Source: Malacoraja senta (taxonomy: Eukaryota). From it: a stretch of DNA of 64,000 bases. Below are positions 1 to 12,624 of the stretch, one piece after another. Positions within the stretch are counted from its first letter, which is position 1. Each line of letters opens with the position of its first letter. The notes under the pieces are model-generated. The model saw only the letters and a list, made by a program, of their open reading frames with translations. It made no database searches and was not told where the DNA came from. Position numbers and translations under genes: made by a program. Location: assembly GCA_038087875.1 (NCBI GenBank), contig CM075991.1:11720001-11784000 (forward strand), written 5' to 3'.

Positions 1-6
1 CAGAGG

Positions 7-669
7 TTATGTAACGGCCACCAGGCACTGTAGACAGTTCAATGTCCTGTTGTCGAGAGCCGTGAGGTCTACCCCTCCACCAGGGGGGCGGAGGACAGCG
101 GGGTCAAAAATGCCGTGCTGCTGCTGCACTGTTTGCTGGTCTGCTCCACGCACGCATGGACGCAGCCCCCAGCGACGCATGTTGCCGTTGAACCGGCCGA
201 CCCCTGTACGCAGCCGGTTCGGGGCGACCCACTCTTTGTGGGGCAGGTCCGAGCCGGGTGGGGCTGTGGTGTTCGGTGCAACGGTGAATAGCGGAGGTCG
301 TGAAGTCTGTTCCCAGCTGGTTCTCCGTGCCCCTAGTGTGTTGAAACCGGAGCCACACAGGGTCGCTGCGTGACGGGAGAAGGGGCAACGAGATGACAGG
401 CGTTGAGGCCCCAGTTGCTGTGAGTCCTGGGCGAGATGGTGCAGAGGATGTTTGGCATCCGATGGGGCCTTGCACATCAGCCTGTGGGTGAAGTACTCTC
501 TGCCAAGCTTGGTGGCTGCACTATCTGTGAGCACCGGCAGACGATCCGTCGGAGTAGGACGTAGGCAGCTGGTGATCATCCGCATGGTGTCGTTGAGGAT
601 GGCGTCTAGCTTGCTAGTATGAGCGCTGCGGCACCACGTTGTCGACCTCCCCGTGGTGAGCCCTGTCAA
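7..669 (-). mobile_element. Non-LTR retrotransposon 3' fragment (RTE-X-like)
   Basis: Translation with LD..LN.TMRMIT.CLRPTP..LPVL, HPLH, NRLRTGVGRF..M.RWG motifs. Confidence 0.8.
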
Positions 670-1289
670 CTGACCTCAGTCAGGCGAACGACAACATTGT
701 TCCCGATGTTGGGGAAGTCCAGGACAAGGGGTCACAGTTTAAGGATAAGGGGGAAGTCTTTTCGGACCGAGATGAGAAAAAAAAATTCACACAGAGAGTG
801 GTAAATCTGTGGAATTCCCTGCCACAGAAAGTAGTTGAGGCCAGTTCATTGGCTATATTTAAGAGGGAGTTAGATGTGGCCCTTGTGGCTAAAAGGATCA
901 GGGGGTATGGAGAGAAGGCAGGTACAGGATACTGAGTTGGATGATCAGCCATGATCATATTGAATGGCGGTGCAGGCTTGAAGGGCCGAATGGCGTCCAC
1001 CTGCACCTAGTTTCTATGTTTCTAAACAGAGACAGCAGCAGAAATAACAAGGAACAACAGCTTGCAGCCTTAATGCAACCCCTCCTCTATAACCAACACA
1101 GGACCAGCTCAAGGCTGTGTGCTCAGTCCCCTGCTCTATGACCAGGACTGCACAGACCAACCAGACCATTCCAATGCCTTCTTTAAATTTCACCGACGGT
1201 ACCACCGTTGTTGGACAAATAATGGGTAATGACGAGTCAGCGTACAGGAGAGAGATTGATAATCTGAGGGAATGCTGCCAATAGGACAT

Positions 1290-1595
1290 TGTTACTCCTG
1301 TTCTTCCATGTTTGCTTGGATATCCTCCAGAATATGGTTACTGTATAGGAAGGTGGTTTGCTGTATGTGAATTGATTTCCTCGTCCAGAGAGTGGCTATC
1401 AGTCACCGTTGATCCTAGGTAGGTGAATTGGATGACAGTTTCCAGCTGACTAGTGTTTAGGATGATTTCAGAGGGGAGTGGAGTGCCTTGACCCATGACA
1501 ACAGTCATCTTAATACTGATTGCCAGTCGGTAATCATTGCAAGCATGAGACAGTCTGTCCATCAGCCCCTGAAGTCCTTCTTCTGTTGGGGTGAT
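1290..1595 (-). mobile_element. RTE-clade LINE reverse transcriptase fragment
   Basis: TEEGLQGLMDRLSHAC..L.ISI..TVVMGQ..LETV.QFTYLGSTVT..SLDEEINS. Confidence 0.75.
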
Positions 1596-3245
1596 GAGTG
1601 ACCAATATGATCCCGATGGTTCCTCTTCCTTCTCGGCAGCGCGCCCTTCCATGAGCAGTCTGACCTCCGGCACCTACCGAGGGCCTGTCTTTGACACTTG
1701 TCTCGGCGGTCACTTCGGCTGACGGATTCGTCCTTGTTCGTGGCCAATGCGGGCCAAGTCCGGTCTTGAGTGGCTTCAATTTTCTGTCATTCAAGTCCAC
1801 GGTGATCATCAATCTTGGCCATTTCCTGTCATCAGAAACCAACCTGGTAAATGGAGACAAGAATGGAGTCTTGAAGGGTCTCGATCCAAATGTCATCTGT
1901 CCATTTCCTCCGCAGATGCTGCCTGACCCGCTGAGTTCCTCCAGCAGTTTTCTGCTCCACCTTCGCTGACAGCCGAGCTCTAAAAACACATCTCCATCAC
2001 AGTCTTCCACTGAGGGCAGTTTACAGAGGATCAGCTCCATATTCCCAGTGACACCAGATCTTCCTCAGCAACACAGCAGGGTCAGGTGTGATGAAGCTTC
2101 TGCGTGCCAGCCCTGGTCCATGGCCGTCTCATCAGATATTGTCCTCTGGTCAATCACAGGAAACATGGCAGAGGTCGATGACCTCAGGAGGGGAAAGCCG
2201 ATGATCCACAAACTTGTCTTCATTCATGGGACAGTGGTGGAGAACGTTATGTTGCAAGTTCCTGGTTGTCCATATCTCTGAAGATCTGTCCTCTGTCCAG
2301 CACATCAATGCAATCACAACCAAAACTTATGACTACCTCTAAGCTTTGATAACATCCACAAAGGCGATGAACACGGGGTTTGCTGCTCTTGACATTTTCC
2401 TTATATTATCGCAGGGAGAAGATCATGTCCATTGTGGATCTACCTCCATGGAAACAGCATTGTGCCTCAGGTCAGCGAGTCTGTGCAGTCTTTGCAGGAT
2501 CACTCTGGCAAAGGCCTTTCCTGTAACACTCAGAAGTGAGATGTCCCTGTAGTTGGTGCACTCCCTTGTTCTTGTACATTGTGACAATGTTGGTGTTACG
2601 CATGTGTTACGCAGAAACTGCTCAGTCCGTCACAGGTGATGATCTCTTTACCATCAAAGGGATCTACAGGAGATGCTACCTGCAAAAGGCAGCTAATATC
2701 AAAGACCCACACCACCCTAACATTGTGAAAAGCCAACAGAAGCAGGGAAACTGACCTCCAAGTTTAAGAGCAGCTTCTTCCCAGCAATTACAAGCCTCTC
2801 GAACACTGCACAACATGAACCACAACAATGAGATATTATGGACTGTGTCTTTTGTGGGCCGACCGATATTTATTACACTAGAATTTAATTAATAGTTTCC
2901 TGGATTTGTATTTTATTAGTTATCTGTGTGTCATTGCACTACGCTCCCATTATTTTGTTCAGAAGCCCAAAAAACGTGACCAGGTTCAGGAACAGCTTCT
3001 TCCCAGCAACCATCAGGCTCTTGAACACTGCCCAACACAAACCACATCTATGAACTGTGAAGAACTATGGACTGAGTCTTTGGTTGCATTACAGACATTT
3101 TAACAGTAGTATCGTGAGTATAAATTTACTGAAATGTAAATTAATGCATTTTTGTGTTGTTGCAATTACAGGCTTGATAATCTACACAAGAAATACCCCC
3201 GCCCCCCCAACCCCTGCTACATGCCTACTGCTATCCAAAAGTGCT

Positions 3246-4720
3246 GCTATTTTATCTTTTATAATTGACTCCAGCACCTTCCCCACCACTGATGTCAGGC
3301 TAACTGGTCTATAATTCCGTTTTCTCTCTCCCGTCTTTCTTAAAAAGTGGGATAACATTAGCTACCCTCCAATCCACAAAAACTGATCCTGAATCTATAG
3401 AACATTGGAAAATTATCACCAATGCGTCCACAATTTCTAGAGCCACTTCCTTGAGTACCCTGGGATGCAGACCATCAGGCCCTGGGGATTTATCAGCCTT
3501 CAGTCCCATCAGTCTATCCAACACCAATTCCTGCCTAATGTGGATTTCCTTCAGTTCCTCAGTCACCCCAGATCCTCTGGCCACTAGTACATCAGGAAGA
3601 TTGTTTGTGCCTTCCTTAGTGAAGACGGATCCAAAGTACCTGTTCAACTCATCTACCATTTCCTTGTTCCCCATAATAAATTCACCCTTTTCAGTCTTCA
3701 AGGGTCCAACTTTTTTCTCTTCACATACCTTAAGCTTTTACTATCCTCCTTTATATTCTTGGCTAGCTTACCTTCGTACCTCATCTTTTCTCCCCGTATT
3801 GCCTTTTTTAGTTATCTTCTGTTACTCTTTAAATGTTACCTCTGGCTTCCCGCTCATCTTTGCTACGTTGTACTTCTCTTTTATTTTTCTACTGTCCCTG
3901 ACTTCCCTACTGTCCCAGCCTCGGTCGCCCCTTACTCCCTTTGGAATCTTTCTACCTATTTGGAATGAACTGCTCCTGCACCTTCTGTATTATTCCCAGA
4001 AATACCTGCCATTGTTGTTCCACTGTCATCCCTGCTAGGGTATCTTTCCAGTCAACTTTGGGTAGTCTCCAATACAAGCTGCTCTAAGAATACATCACGG
4101 AGGAACTCCACAAACTCCCTTTCTTGGGGTCCAGTACCAACCTGATTTTCCCAATCTACCTGCATGTTGAAATCTCCCATAACAACCGTAGTATTACCTT
4201 TACGACATGCCAATTTTAACTCTTAATTCAATTTGCACCCTATATCCAGGCTACTATTTGGGGGCCTGTAGATGTCCTATTAGGGATTTTTACCCTTACA
4301 ATTACTAAGGGTAATTCCCTTCTATCCATACTGACTCTACATCTCCTGATTCTTTGTCACCCCTCGCAAGGGACTGAATTTCATTCCTCACCAACAGAGC
4401 TACCCCACCTCCTCTGCCCACCTGACTGCCTTTTTGACAGGACGTATACCCTTGAATATTCAGTTCCCAGCCCTGGTCCTCCTTGCAGCCATGTCTCTGT
4501 AGTTCCCACAACATCATACTTGCCAATTTCTAACTGAGCTTCAAGCTCGTCCACTTTATTTCTTATATTTCGCGCATTAATATAGAACACTTTAACTTCA
4601 GTATTCACCTCCCCTCTCACACTGGTCACTATTGGGCCTGGCCTTACTCTCTTATCCCTTCTCGAACTTTCCTTCCCATTAATTCGGGAGTCTTTTGTAA
4701 CTTTTCCTGTACTTGCTTTC
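3246..4720 (-). mobile_element. CR1-clade LINE ORF2 fragments (endonuclease and RT N-terminus), decayed
   Basis: YINARNIRNKVDEL..YDVVGTTETWL; GRGGGVALLVR; KSPGPDGLHPRVLKE..DWRVANVIPLFKK. Confidence 0.92.
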
Positions 4721-5094
4721 CCTTTAACTCTATCTTTATACTCCCAATTCACTCCACTACTCATGGGGAAACTGTCCGAAGTAGCGCCATCAAATTGCAC
4801 TGTAGATGCATGTTCTTGTGGAAGGACTGAGTGAGGTTTAGAAGACGTGGTATACATCCACCCGTCTCCAATACCTGCTAGAGCCACGTCTGCGGACAGA
4901 AATGAAAGCTTTTGCAAGAAGGCCAATCTTTCTCCAAGTTTGAAGCAAACTTCCACATGTGGAGCAGCTGTTGAGGAACAACTTCCTGTGGCTCCAGAGG
5001 AATTCAGTGGGTCAGGCAACATATGTGGAAGGAATGGACAGATTATATTTTGGATCACGGCTCTTCAAGACTCCATTCTAGTCTCCATTCACCA

Positions 5095-5376
5095 GGTCAG
5101 TTAACGACGACAGCAGATAGCAGAGGTTGATGTTCACCATGGACTGGAATAACACATGGTTGAAGATCCCAAAGGCCAATCTTGCTCCACGTTCTGCGTG
5201 ACCGTCCACATCTGGCGCCGGAGAAACTGTTGAGGAACAACTTGGTGGGATTTCTTGTGGCCCTGGTTCTCCTCCAGATGGTGTGAAGGGGAAAACATGA
5301 AACATCTGACGACTGATGCGGTCGCCAGCTGTTTACGAGGAACTTTCCCTCCGAACGATGAGGGACCGCTGCTCAT
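5095..5376 (-). pseudogene. Highly diverged histone H3-like relic
   Basis: GGKVPRKQLAT (5320-5352), then HLEENQGHKKS, TKLFLN, LRRQMWTVTQNVEQDWPLGSSTM and VNINLC, collinear with H3 motifs across frameshifts. Confidence 0.5.
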
Positions 5377-7449
5377 TGAGTGTCTGGTGGATGCTGAGGG
5401 AATGAGGACACTGAGGGAATGAGGCACGCTGAGGCGATGAGGGGCAGCGAGGAACTGCGGGACGGACGATGCTGAGGGATTTAGGGACATTGTGGAAATG
5501 AGGAGCCAACTCCCGAGGGTGACCCCTCACACAAGGGAAGGTCCACTCTCCCAGGGGGCAACATGAGTTCAGGGAAAAAGGGAGATGTTGGTACTACTGC
5601 GTATAACACTAGCAATATTGGTTTATCCCCAAAGAACCGCAGATGCCGGTTTACAAAACAAGACACAAAGTACTGGAGTAACACAACCGGTCAATCTACA
5701 AAAAAGGTGCAGTGGGAAGGAGTTGTTGCTCCGTCTGGTGGTGCAGATTTCTGTACCTTTCGCCTCACAGCAGCAGCGAGAAGAAGGAATGACCAGTCTG
5801 TTTGTTAAATTTGTTATGAAGGCCAACATGCCATTCGCTTTCTTCACTGCCTGCTGTACCTGCATGCTTACTTTCAGTGACTGATGAACAAGGACACATC
5901 ACCCAGATCTTGTTGTACTTCCCCTTTTCTTAATTTGACACCATTCAGATAATAATCTGCCTTCCTGTTCTTGCCACCAAAGTGGATAACCTCACATTTA
6001 TCCACAGTAAACTGCATCTGCCCACTCACCCAACATGTCCAAGTCACCCTGCATCCTCATAGCATTGAGGATGCAGGGTGACTTGGACATTCCAGTGATA
6101 TGGGCCCTTCGGCTCATTGAGACTACACTGACCATTAATCTACCTCTGTTGAGGTAGTCGATGGGCGAATCAAGGGCTGTGGGGCACTGGCATAGAGGAG
6201 GAGGTGAGGTTTGGGCAGATCAGCCATGATCTTGGTGAAGGACAGATACAGTATAGGTTTGAGGGGCCGAATGGTCTTCTCCCATTTATAGTGTCGCTAC
6301 CAAAACCCTACTGCCACCCATTGGCCTGCTGTGGGACTGCTGGCCTTCACATTTGTAGACTGGAGGTACATGAACTGCAGATGCTGGCTTTACAAAAAGA
6401 CACAAAGTGCTGGCGGAACTCAGTGGGTCAGGCAGCATCTCTGGAGGAAAGGAGTAGGTGATGTTTCAGGTTGGAACCTTTCTTCAGACTTTCTGACCCG
6501 AAACATCACCTATCCATGTTCTTCAGAGATACTGCCTGGCATGCTGAGTTACTCCTGCACTCTGTGTCTATGGTTTAACTTTGCATCTGCAGTTCCTTCA
6601 TACACACCATGTCTGGTGATTGCTAGGTGACTCTGGGCATGGTGGCAGAGGTGGAGACAAGAAGTGAGGTGCAGGAGGAGGCTGAGGGGTGATCTTATAG
6701 AGGTGTATATATTCATGAGAAGAATAAATATCTAGAATAGGGGAAATCAAGAACTTGGGGTCGTGGGTTTAAGGTGAGAGGGGGAAAAGATTTACTAAGA
6801 ACTTGAGAGGCAACTGTTTTCACACAGAGGGCGGTGGGTGAATAGATCGAACTGCCAGAGGAGGTGGATTAAACAATTGAGAAAGGACTCGATGGATCCT
6901 GTGGGGGTGGTTTCCCCCATGGACTGGCTAAGGCATTTTGCAAAAGATGCCTCAGACAGGCAGTATCTCTGGAGAGAAGGAATGACTGATAGACACAAAA
7001 AGCTGGAGTGACTCAGTGGAATCTGAAGAAGGGTCTCAACCCGAAACATCACTATTCCTTCTCTCCAGAGATGCTGATCGTCCCGCTGTTACTCCAGCAT
7101 TTTGTGTCTATCTGCAGTTATGTCAACAGACAATAGACAACAGGTGCAGGAGTCGGCCATTCGGCCCTTCCAGCTAGCACTGCCATTCGATGTGATCATG
7201 GCTGATCATCACCAATCAGTAACCTGTTCCTGCCTTCTCCCCATATCCCCTGACTCCGCTATTTTTAAGAGCCCTATCTAGCTCTCTCTTGAAAGTATCC
7301 AGAGAACCTGCCTCCACCGCCCTCTGAGGCAGAGAATTCCACAGACCTACACTTATGATCTCCTGCTGAGTCCCTCTTAGTTCTATCACATGTTCATGTC
7401 ATAGGAGCAGAATTTGGCCCGTCGAGTCCACTCCATCATTCCACTAGGG

Positions 7450-7686
7450 CAGGGGTTCCCAACCTTTTTCGTCCCGTTTACCCCCAGCAACTTTAACAGC
7501 ACATAACAAACTTATTTCACTTATTTATGAACAACTAATGATGAACAGAAGTTAGACAAAAGTGCTGGAGTGCTGGTATACCAGAAACAAACACAGTCAG
7601 TCAATGAGAAAAAATATGTACAAATACAGAATCAACAAATTTGCCCCCTGCAGTAAGTGAAATGTACCCCAGGTTGGGAACCCTTG
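7450..7686. mobile_element. hAT-type MITE
   Basis: TIRs CAGGGGTTCCCAACC / GGTTGGGAACCCTTG; 8-bp TSD CACTAGGG. Confidence 0.9.
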
Positions 7687-8479
7687 CACTAGGGGGATAG
7701 ATTGGGCAAGTGCAGTCTTTAGGAGGTAGACAAAAATGATGGAGAAACAAAGCGGGTGCAGCAGCATCTATGGAGCGAAGGAAATAGGCAACGTTTCAGG
7801 CCGGAACCCTCTATTTTCCTCGATTTCCACTGCAAAGTCCGATCAAAGCTAGTCAGATAGTAGTTCAGGACCACTCTCTGGTCTTGGTAAACGCTCTCTG
7901 CAAGTGGTGGAGGCAGGTTCGATTTTATCATTTAAAAATAAATTGGATAGCTATATGGACGGGAAAGGAATGGAGGGTTATGGTCTGAGTGCAGGTAGAT
8001 GGGACTAGGTGAGAGTAAGTGTTCGGCACGGACTAGAAGGGCTGAGATGGCCTGTTTCCGTGCTGTAATTGTTATAATGGAGGTGGCTGTGTTTTGGGCG
8101 AGGCAGCATGCAGTGGTGTTGAGGCTACAGCAGTTGCATTCAATAATGCATTGACAACTCTTCCCATTGCTGACTCAGCAGGTTGTTGGTGCTCTGGTGG
8201 CTGATGCGATAGTCTGCAAAGACTTGGATCTGCCCAGAGAGACGTGAGAGCATCCAGCGTTTTCCTCTCTTCCCCCTGTGCCTCGTAGACAGTCTGTACA
8301 CCTTTGTCATATTCATCTGTGGTCAGATGCAGCCAAGCATTCAACAGCCATTTCTGCATTAAACCTACCTTGGTCTATTTTCCTCGATTACACATTCTCA
8401 TCAGCTGCCCCCTGTATTCTGGCACTCACCCACACACTGGAGATAAGTCACAACGACCGATTTACCCACCAACACACAA

Positions 8480-8882
8480 TCCTGGTGAGACCGCACCTGG
8501 AGTATTGAGTGCAGTTTTGGTCTCCTAATTTGCGGAAGGACATTGCTACTGAGGGAGTGCAGCGTAGGTTCACCAGCTTAATTCCCGGGATGGTGGGACT
8601 GTCATGATGAAAGAATTGGTTGCTGGAATTTAGATGAGGGGGGATCGTATAGAAACACAAAATTCTTAAGGGATTGGACAGGCTAGATGCAGGAAAAATG
8701 TTCCCCATGTTGGGGGAGTCCAGAACCAGGGGTCACAGTTTAAGAATAAGGGGGTAGGCCATTTAGGACTGAGATGAGGAAACTTTCACCCAGAGAGTTG
8801 TGAATCTGTGGAATTCTCTGCCACAGAAGACAGTGGAGGCCAATTCACTGAATGTTTTCAAGAGAGAGTTAGATTTAGCTCT
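8480..8882 (+). mobile_element. CR1-clade LINE 3' fragment
   Basis: LVRPHLEY..FWSP..RGHSLRI..VNLWNSLP. Similar CR1 ends lie near 691-1025, 5810-6060, 9268-9555, 12740-13095, 25848-26085, 41415-41635, 44305-44720, 50400-50870, 53668-54030 and 59835-60035. Confidence 0.85.
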
Positions 8883-9689
8883 AACCAGAAACAAACACAG
8901 TCAGTCAATGAGAAAAAATATGTACAAATCCAGAATCAACAAATTTGCCCCCTGGGTAGGTGAAATGTACCCCAGGTTGGGAACCCTTGCACTAGGGGGA
9001 TAGATTGGGCAAGTGCAGTCTTTAGGAGGTAGACAAAAATGCTGTAGGAACAAAGCGGGTGCAGCAGCATCTATGGAGCGAAGGAAATAGGCAACGTTTC
9101 GGGCCAAAACCCTTAAGGGAATAGGCAACCCTTAAGGAAATAACCCTTAAGGAAATAGGCAACGTTTCGGGCCGAAACCCTTAAGGATTTTGGCCCGAAA
9201 CGTTGCCTATTTCCTTCGCTCCATAGATGCTGCTGCACCGCACTGTATTTGATCCCCCCCCGCCGGCCTTAGAATAAAGGGGAGGTCATTTAAGACTGAG
9301 GTGAGAAAAAACTTTTTCACCCAGTGAGTTGTGAATTTCTGGAATTCCCTGCCACAGAGGGCAGTGGAGGCCAAATCACTAGATGGATTTAAGAGAGAGT
9401 TAGATAGAGCTCTAGTGGAGTCAGGGGATATGGGGAGAAGGCAGGCATGGGTTATTGATTGGGGACGATCAGCCATGATCACAATGACTCGAAGGGCCGA
9501 ATGGCCTCCTCCTGCACCTATCTTCTATGTTTCTATGTTTCTATGTTTCTATGTTTCCATTTCCTTCGCTCCATAGATGCTGCTGCACCCACTGAGTTTC
9601 TCCAGCATTTTTGTCCACCTTCCATTTTCCAGCATCTGCAGTTCCTTCTTCAACACTGCAGTGTTTAGGACATGGTTCACCGTCCCAGG

Positions 9690-10195
9690 TGAGCTGCAGC
9701 TGCGGGCAGGGGCCGCACGGTGGGGGTGTCGGCGGAGGGTGGCGTTCCCTCTCCCCCTCCGACTGGCGGGCGGCGCGTCCCGTCCCGCTTGGCGCAGCGC
9801 ACGCTCCTCGGTCTTGGCGGAGTCCTCCAGGGCGGCGGGACGCGGCGACCGCTTGGTGACGGCAGGTAGGCCGCGGCCGCGGTGCTGGCGGCGGAAAACG
9901 CCCGGAATCCACCCGCTAAACCCGGGGTGGAGAGAGGGAGGAGGGAGGGAGCGGGAGGGGGGAAGAGTCTTTGTCGTGAGGGGGGGAGAGGGAGGCCTGG
10001 ATCCGGGCCCGCGCTGTGTTTGATTCTCCCCGCCGGCCAGCGAGGCCGCGCTCCCCGGGAGCCGCGCGGGAAAGGCCGCAGGCCTGGGCCTAGTCGTCGC
10101 GCTTCACGCCACGGGCCTCGAGTCCGGGCCAGGCCGCTCCCCGGCACCATCGCGCCCGCTCCGCCATCCCGCCAACGCGGGGCGGCCGGTTTCTC
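9690..10195 (+). promoter_or_regulatory. CpG island, probable CCAR2 promoter and non-coding first exon
   Basis: Very GC- and CpG-dense unique stretch 2.4 kb upstream of the first coding exon; candidate donor CAG|gtaggc at 9866 (another, CAG|gtgagc, at 9689). Confidence 0.75.
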
Positions 10196-10479
10196 CCTCA
10201 TTTTGGATCTTTTATATTTCCCCCCATTGTTACAAACCCCGCTCTCACCTCGCCTCAAACCACCAACAATATCCACCCCCCCCCCCTCTCTATCTCTTCA
10301 TTTTATTCCCTCTCTCTTCCTTTTATTCCCTCTCTCATCCTTTTATCCCCCCCCCTCTCTTCCTTTTATCCCCCCTCTCCCACCATCTCTTTCTTTCCAC
10401 CAATATATCGTATTTTATTCAATCTTTGCCAGGTTTTCCTTATTTTTTTTACCTTCTTTTCCGCATTCTCAGTTTTACC

Positions 10480-11245
10480 CCCTCTTTACCACAGTCTAAA
10501 TCTTATTTTTATATCTCTTTACCAGTCTTTCTTATTTTTTTAACCTCTTTGCCAGTCTTTCTTATTTTTTTAACCTCTTTACCACACTTTCTTATTTTTT
10601 AATCCCTTTACCAAAGTCTTTCTTATTTTTTAACCTCTTTGCCAGTCTTTCTTATTTTTTTAACCTCTTTGCCAGTCTTTCTTATTTTTTTAACCTCTTT
10701 ACCACACTTTCTTATTTTTTAATCCCTTTACCAAAGTCTTTCTTATTTTTTAACCTCTTTGCCAGTCTTTCTTATTTTTTTAACCTCTTTGCCAGTCTTT
10801 CTTATTTTTTTAACCTCTTTACCACACTTTCTTATTTTTTAATCCCTTTACCAAAGTCTTTCTTATTTTTTAACCTCTTTGCCAGTCTTTCTTATTTTTT
10901 TAACCTCTTTGCCACTCTTTCTTATTTTTTAATCTCTTTACCACACTTTCTTATTTTTTAATCCCTTTACCAAAGTCTTTCTTATTTTTTAACCTCTTCA
11001 CCAGTCTTTCTTATTTTTTAACCTCTTTACCACAGTTTTTCTTATTTTTTAATCCCTTTACCAAAGTCTTTCTTATTTTTTAACATCTTTGCCAGTCTTT
11101 CTTATTTTTTAACCTCTTTGCCAGTTTTTCTTATTTTTCAATCTCTTGACTAAAGTCTTTCTTATTTTTTAATCTCTTTACCAAAGCCTTTCTTATTTTT
11201 TAACCTCTTTACCACACTTTCTTATTTTTTAACCTCTTTGTCACA
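10480..11245. repeat. T-rich ~30-bp minisatellite with a 120-bp higher-order unit
   Basis: Unit ~ctttcttatttttttaacctcttt(g/a)cca(a)gt; block 10561-10680 recurs at 10681 and 10801. Confidence 0.95.
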
Positions 11246-12587
11246 ATCTCTCATTTCCCCCCTCTGCCACATGCTCTCATTTTATTTCCTCTTTGCCACA
11301 GTCGTTTCCTCTTTCCCAGTCTTATTTCTCCCTCTTTTCCCGTAGCTGCACGTAATTGTTTCACTTTTTTTGTTCTCTTATATTTGTCCTCTTTAGCCAC
11401 TAACTGTGGCAAAGAGGGGAAATGGAAAAAAAACCCTGGTGTATTTTGCCGTAGCCTCCAATTTTTCCTCCCTGCTATTTTATCCCTCTGTTACAGTCTC
11501 TTTTCTCAATCACAGTTTTTCCAAACCCCCCCCCCCTATATTTTTCTGTCTGCCACACTCATTTTTTTTCTCCGCCACATTCATCTGAAACGTAATAATT
11601 ATAACACGTGGAGAAAATTAGATTTTGCTTCAAAGATGGATCCAGTTGTGTTTTCTCTCTCCATTTGGCTCTATTTTCTCTGGTTCATTAAACCCTTTTC
11701 CCCAGATGTGTTCATCTGAAGCAGTCACTTTTTTTTCGCAATAAAATCACTTTTCTCAAATACAATTCCTCCTATGTATTACCTCTATCAGCATTCTCAA
11801 ATACCTTTGATATTATTGCCTCGTTCCAAGTCTGCTACAATAACCCTTTTTTTAAATTGATTTTATCCTTTTGTTTTCCACCACACAAGAAATCTACCCT
11901 GGTTTGGTGGCAGGTGATGATTATTTAGAAATACAGCACCAGAAACAGGCCATTCAGCCCACCGAGTCCCCGTGTTTGTGTTGTGCTTTTCCTGCGTTTT
12001 TTCCTCTGAATGCCTTTTCTCAAATGGTTTCCACTTTTACCTGGATATCTATGTACTGTTTTTTTACCAGCTGAATACTCACTTTGTTTCCCATGTGGCC
12101 TAAAGGTCAATAATTCCTGATATCTTGCGAAAATAAAAAGTCTGTCCATTTCTCAGCCTGGTTCTGATGGAAGTTCAGACAGTTTATTGTGGCCCCATTC
12201 AGCTTTACAAAAGTCCCTTTCATTCCTTGCAATAATGGGGTGTGTGTTTGGAACTCTTGGACTCATGTGCCTTCTGTCTGAGGGTAGCAGCCTTGCACCA
12301 GTGGCCAACAATGTTCCAAGCTGCCTCCTCCCTTTCGCATTGAGTATTACATGCTTCATTTGAGGTGCAGGATACGGTGGAAATACCAAGAACTGCAAGT
12401 GCTGGTTTCATAAGTTCTCGGAGCAGAATTAGGCCATTCGGCAATTGGAGCAAACTGCAATGCAGATTCTAACCCCCCATCTCTCTCTCTCTTGCCATGT
12501 TTCTCAGGTGCATTTCAGCTGAATCGGACGCTGCCTTCTGAGGGATAAAACATTCATCTTGTTTGGTGAAGATTGCAGACAAGACCA

Positions 12588-12624
12588 ATGTGGGGCAATC
12601 AGTTTCAGTCCGCGTCCAAGTCAG
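12588..12624 (+). CDS. CCAR2: CCAR2 first coding exon ([12 protein letters not shown])
   Basis: Acceptor ttctcag ending 12507, ATG 12588 with an upstream in-frame TGA, donor G|gtgtgt; phase 1 fits the next exon. Confidence 0.65.

Noticed and set aside
9541..10499. Several 120-205 aa ORFs
   Set aside because: Stop-poor CpG island and pyrimidine tract; Arg/Gly/Pro-rich with no recognisable domain.
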